In this document: piece after piece, positions 61,782-64,000 of the stretch
Layout: each line of letters opens with the position of its first letter
Position numbering within the stretch: the first letter of the stretch is position 1
From: Myxococcales bacterium
GTDB lineage: Bacteria; Desulfobacterota; Binatia; HRBIN30
Reading direction: 5' to 3'
Assembly: GCA_037445065.1 (NCBI GenBank)
Contig: JBBILD010000003.1
Coordinates: 173,190 to 237,189 of the forward strand
DNA: 64,000 bases
The notes under the pieces: generated by a model
The model's database searches: none
What the model was told of the DNA's origin: nothing
Seen by the model: the letters and a program-made list of their open reading frames with translations, nothing else
Position numbers and translations under genes: made by a program

Positions 61782-63863
61782 ATGGCTCGTAAAATCCCAT
61801 TGGCGCGTACGCGTAATATCGGAATCATGGCGCATATAGACGCCGGGAAGACGACGACGACGGAGAGGATTCTTTATTATACGGGGGTTACGTACAAGAT
61901 CGGTGAGGTCCATGAGGGTACAGCGACCATGGACTGGATGGTGCAGGAACAAGAGCGCGGGATTACCATTACTTCGGCGGCCACGACGTGTTTTTGGAGG
62001 GAGCACCGGATCAATATTATCGATACACCTGGGCACGTGGACTTCACGATCGAGGTGGAACGGTCGCTTCGCGTGCTGGACGGTGCGGTCGCGGTATTTT
62101 GCGCCGTGGGGGGGGTTGAGCCGCAGTCCGAAACGGTGTGGCGGCAAGCCGATAAGTACAGGGTCCCACGAATTGCGTTTGTGAACAAGATGGATCGAGT
62201 GGGGGCGGACTTTCCTGGGGTTGTTCGGCAGATTCGCGAGCGGCTTGGGGCGAATGCGGTTCCGGTTCAGATCCCATACGGCGTGGAGGATTCGTTCGTC
62301 GGGGTGGTGGATCTGGTGGCGATGAAAGCGATCGTGTGGGACGATGATAGCCTTGGGGCGCGGTTCCGCTCTACGGAGATTCCGCAGGACCTCTTGGCCG
62401 AAGCCGAGGCTGCTCGTGAGCGCTTGATAGAAGCGGCGGCAGATGCGGACGAGCACGTGATGGCTCAGTACTTAGAGGGCCGCCCGATCGCGGAAGAGGA
62501 GTTGCGCGCCGCGTTACGGAAGGGGACCCTGACGATGCAGGTCGTTCCTGTCTTATGCGGGTCCGCTTTCCGAAACAAGGGAGTGCAGCCGTTGCTCGAT
62601 GCAGTCGTTGATTATTTACCGTCGCCGACGGACATAGCGGCGATTGAAGGGGTGAATCCAGTGACTGGCGAGAGGGAGAAACGGATCCCAGGTGATGACG
62701 AGCCGTTTGCTGCGTTGGCTTTCAAGATCATGACCGACCCGTTCGTGGGTTCATTGACGTTTTTCCGCGTCTATTCGGGAGTGATGGAATCTGGCTCATA
62801 CGTTTTCAACTCTACGAAGGGAAAGAAGGAGCGTATTGGGCGACTGCTACGCATGCACGCGAACAAGCGCGAGGAGATCAAGGAAGTGTATGCTGGAGAC
62901 ATCGCCGCGGCTGTCGGGCTTCGGGATACGACTACAGGTGACACACTTTGCGACGAGAGCCACCCGATCGTCTTGGAGTCGATTGAGTTTCCCGAACCGG
63001 TGATCTCGATTGCGATTGAGCCGAAAACGAAAGCAGATCAGGAGAAGTTGAGCATCTCGCTGCAGAAGCTGGCCACGGAGGATCCGTCCTTTCGTGTGAC
63101 GACTGATAAGGAGAGCGGGCAAACAATTATTTCAGGTATGGGTGAGCTGCACCTTGAAATCATTGTGGACCGCTTAATGAGAGAGTTTAAGGTGGACGCG
63201 TCGGTCGGAAAGCCGCAGGTGGCGTATCGGGAGACGGTGCGTAAGGCCGCTGATTATGAATATAAACACGTTCGCCAGACAGGAGGGCGCGGGCAATACG
63301 GGCACGTTGTGTTGCGGGTGGAACCGCTTGGTCGTGGGAAGGGGTTTGAGTTCGTGGATGCGATTAAGGGAGGAGTGGTTCCCCGCGAATACATCCCTGC
63401 AGTGGAAAAGGGCGTGCGAGAGGCGATGGAGCGGGGAATTCTGGCTGGGTATCCGCTGGTTGACGTGCGGGTGACCTTGCTGGACGGGTCTTATCACGAG
63501 GTTGATTCGTCCGAGATCGCATTCAAAATCGCAGCTTCGATCGCCTTTCAGGAAGCATGTAAGAGGGCGGACCCTGTTTTATTGGAGCCGATCATGACGG
63601 TGGAAGTCGTGGTTCCTGAAGAGTTTTCCGGAGCTGTTTTTGGGGACCTCAATGGGCGAAGGGGCAAGATCCAGGGAATGGAGATGCGGGGATCTGTGCA
63701 GGTAATCCGGGCAACTGTTCCACTGGCTGAGATGTTTGGTTATGCGACGGATTTGCGGTCAATGAGCCAAGGGCGGGCAACGTACACTATGCAGTTCTCC
63801 CACTACGAACCCGTGCCGCTAGCGATTTCACAGGAACTGACCGCGAAAGCGGTTGGGGCGTAA
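61782..63863 (+). CDS. fusA: elongation factor G
   Basis: [21 protein letters not shown]. Confidence 0.99.
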   Translation: MARKIPLARTRNIGIMAHIDAGKTTTTERILYYTGVTYKIGEVHEGTATMDWMVQEQERGITITSAATTCFWREHRINIIDTPGHVDFTIEVERSLRVLDGAVAVFCAVGGVEPQSETVWRQADKYRVPRIAFVNKMDRVGADFPGVVRQIRERLGANAVPVQIPYGVEDSFVGVVDLVAMKAIVWDDDSLGARFRSTEIPQDLLAEAEAARERLIEAAADADEHVMAQYLEGRPIAEEELRAALRKGTLTMQVVPVLCGSAFRNKGVQPLLDAVVDYLPSPTDIAAIEGVNPVTGEREKRIPGDDEPFAALAFKIMTDPFVGSLTFFRVYSGVMESGSYVFNSTKGKKERIGRLLRMHANKREEIKEVYAGDIAAAVGLRDTTTGDTLCDESHPIVLESIEFPEPVISIAIEPKTKADQEKLSISLQKLATEDPSFRVTTDKESGQTIISGMGELHLEIIVDRLMREFKVDASVGKPQVAYRETVRKAADYEYKHVRQTGGRGQYGHVVLRVEPLGRGKGFEFVDAIKGGVVPREYIPAVEKGVREAMERGILAGYPLVDVRVTLLDGSYHEVDSSEIAFKIAASIAFQEACKRADPVLLEPIMTVEVVVPEEFSGAVFGDLNGRRGKIQGMEMRGSVQVIRATVPLAEMFGYATDLRSMSQGRATYTMQFSHYEPVPLAISQELTAKAVGA

Positions 63864-63873
63864 GGCCAAAAGG

Positions 63874-64000
63874 GTGGCGTATGGTGGCGTAAGGGAGTGA
63901 GAGTAGTGGGTAGGAGGTAAGAGAGATGGCGAAGCAGAAGTTTGAGCGGAAGAAGCCGCATGTGAACGTGGGGACGATTGGGCACATTGACCATGGGAAG
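63874..64000 (+). repeat. direct repeat copy 2 (tuf leader plus 5' coding)
   Basis: Identical to 47927-48053. Confidence 0.95.
63926..64000 (+). CDS. tuf: elongation factor Tu (copy 2, partial)
   Basis: [25 protein letters not shown], running off the window. Confidence 0.97.
   Translation, partial: MAKQKFERKKPHVNVGTIGHIDHGK

Noticed and set aside
61494..62456. Long antisense or alternate-frame ORFs (also 4003-4992, 8819-9679, 14299-15327, 15626-16687, 48239-48946)
   Set aside because: These are shadows of well-supported genes in GC-rich DNA, with biased composition and no motifs.

Overview
Mostly housekeeping chromosomal segment of a GC-rich, LPS-producing (lpxD, lptFG) bacterium. Gene content and order look deltaproteobacteria-like, and Candidatus Binatota is a tentative guess by inference only. 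The left half (1-31 kb) carries envelope, metabolic and hypothetical genes: a GldAFG-like ABC system, MATE, a gloB/cysE/pduO/MBL/GGCT cluster, lpxD, hisI-hisG, DegQ, TamB-TamA, CorC, TlpA, lgt, mobA and tadA. The right half carries tig-clpP-clpX-lon-hup, rplM-rpsI, lptFG, rlmB and the tuf-rpmG-secE-nusG-rplKAJL-rpoBC-rpsLG-fusA-tuf cluster. Nine tRNA genes are present, none with an encoded CCA. I saw no CRISPR array, rRNA, transposase or integrase. The best novelty candidates are a possible sigma-54 regulatory circuit (a multi-pass membrane sensor fused directly to an enhancer-binding AAA+ domain, a second activator with a very similar HTH, and a -24/-12-like promoter with tandem dyad enhancer sites upstream of an unknown gene), an unannotated structured-RNA candidate at about 45.0-45.2 kb, and a minimal ImmA/IrrE-like peptidase with an orphan partner. 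One likely assembly artefact, an Illumina adapter 14-mer, sits in the TamA C-terminus. All family calls come from motif reading, not database searches.
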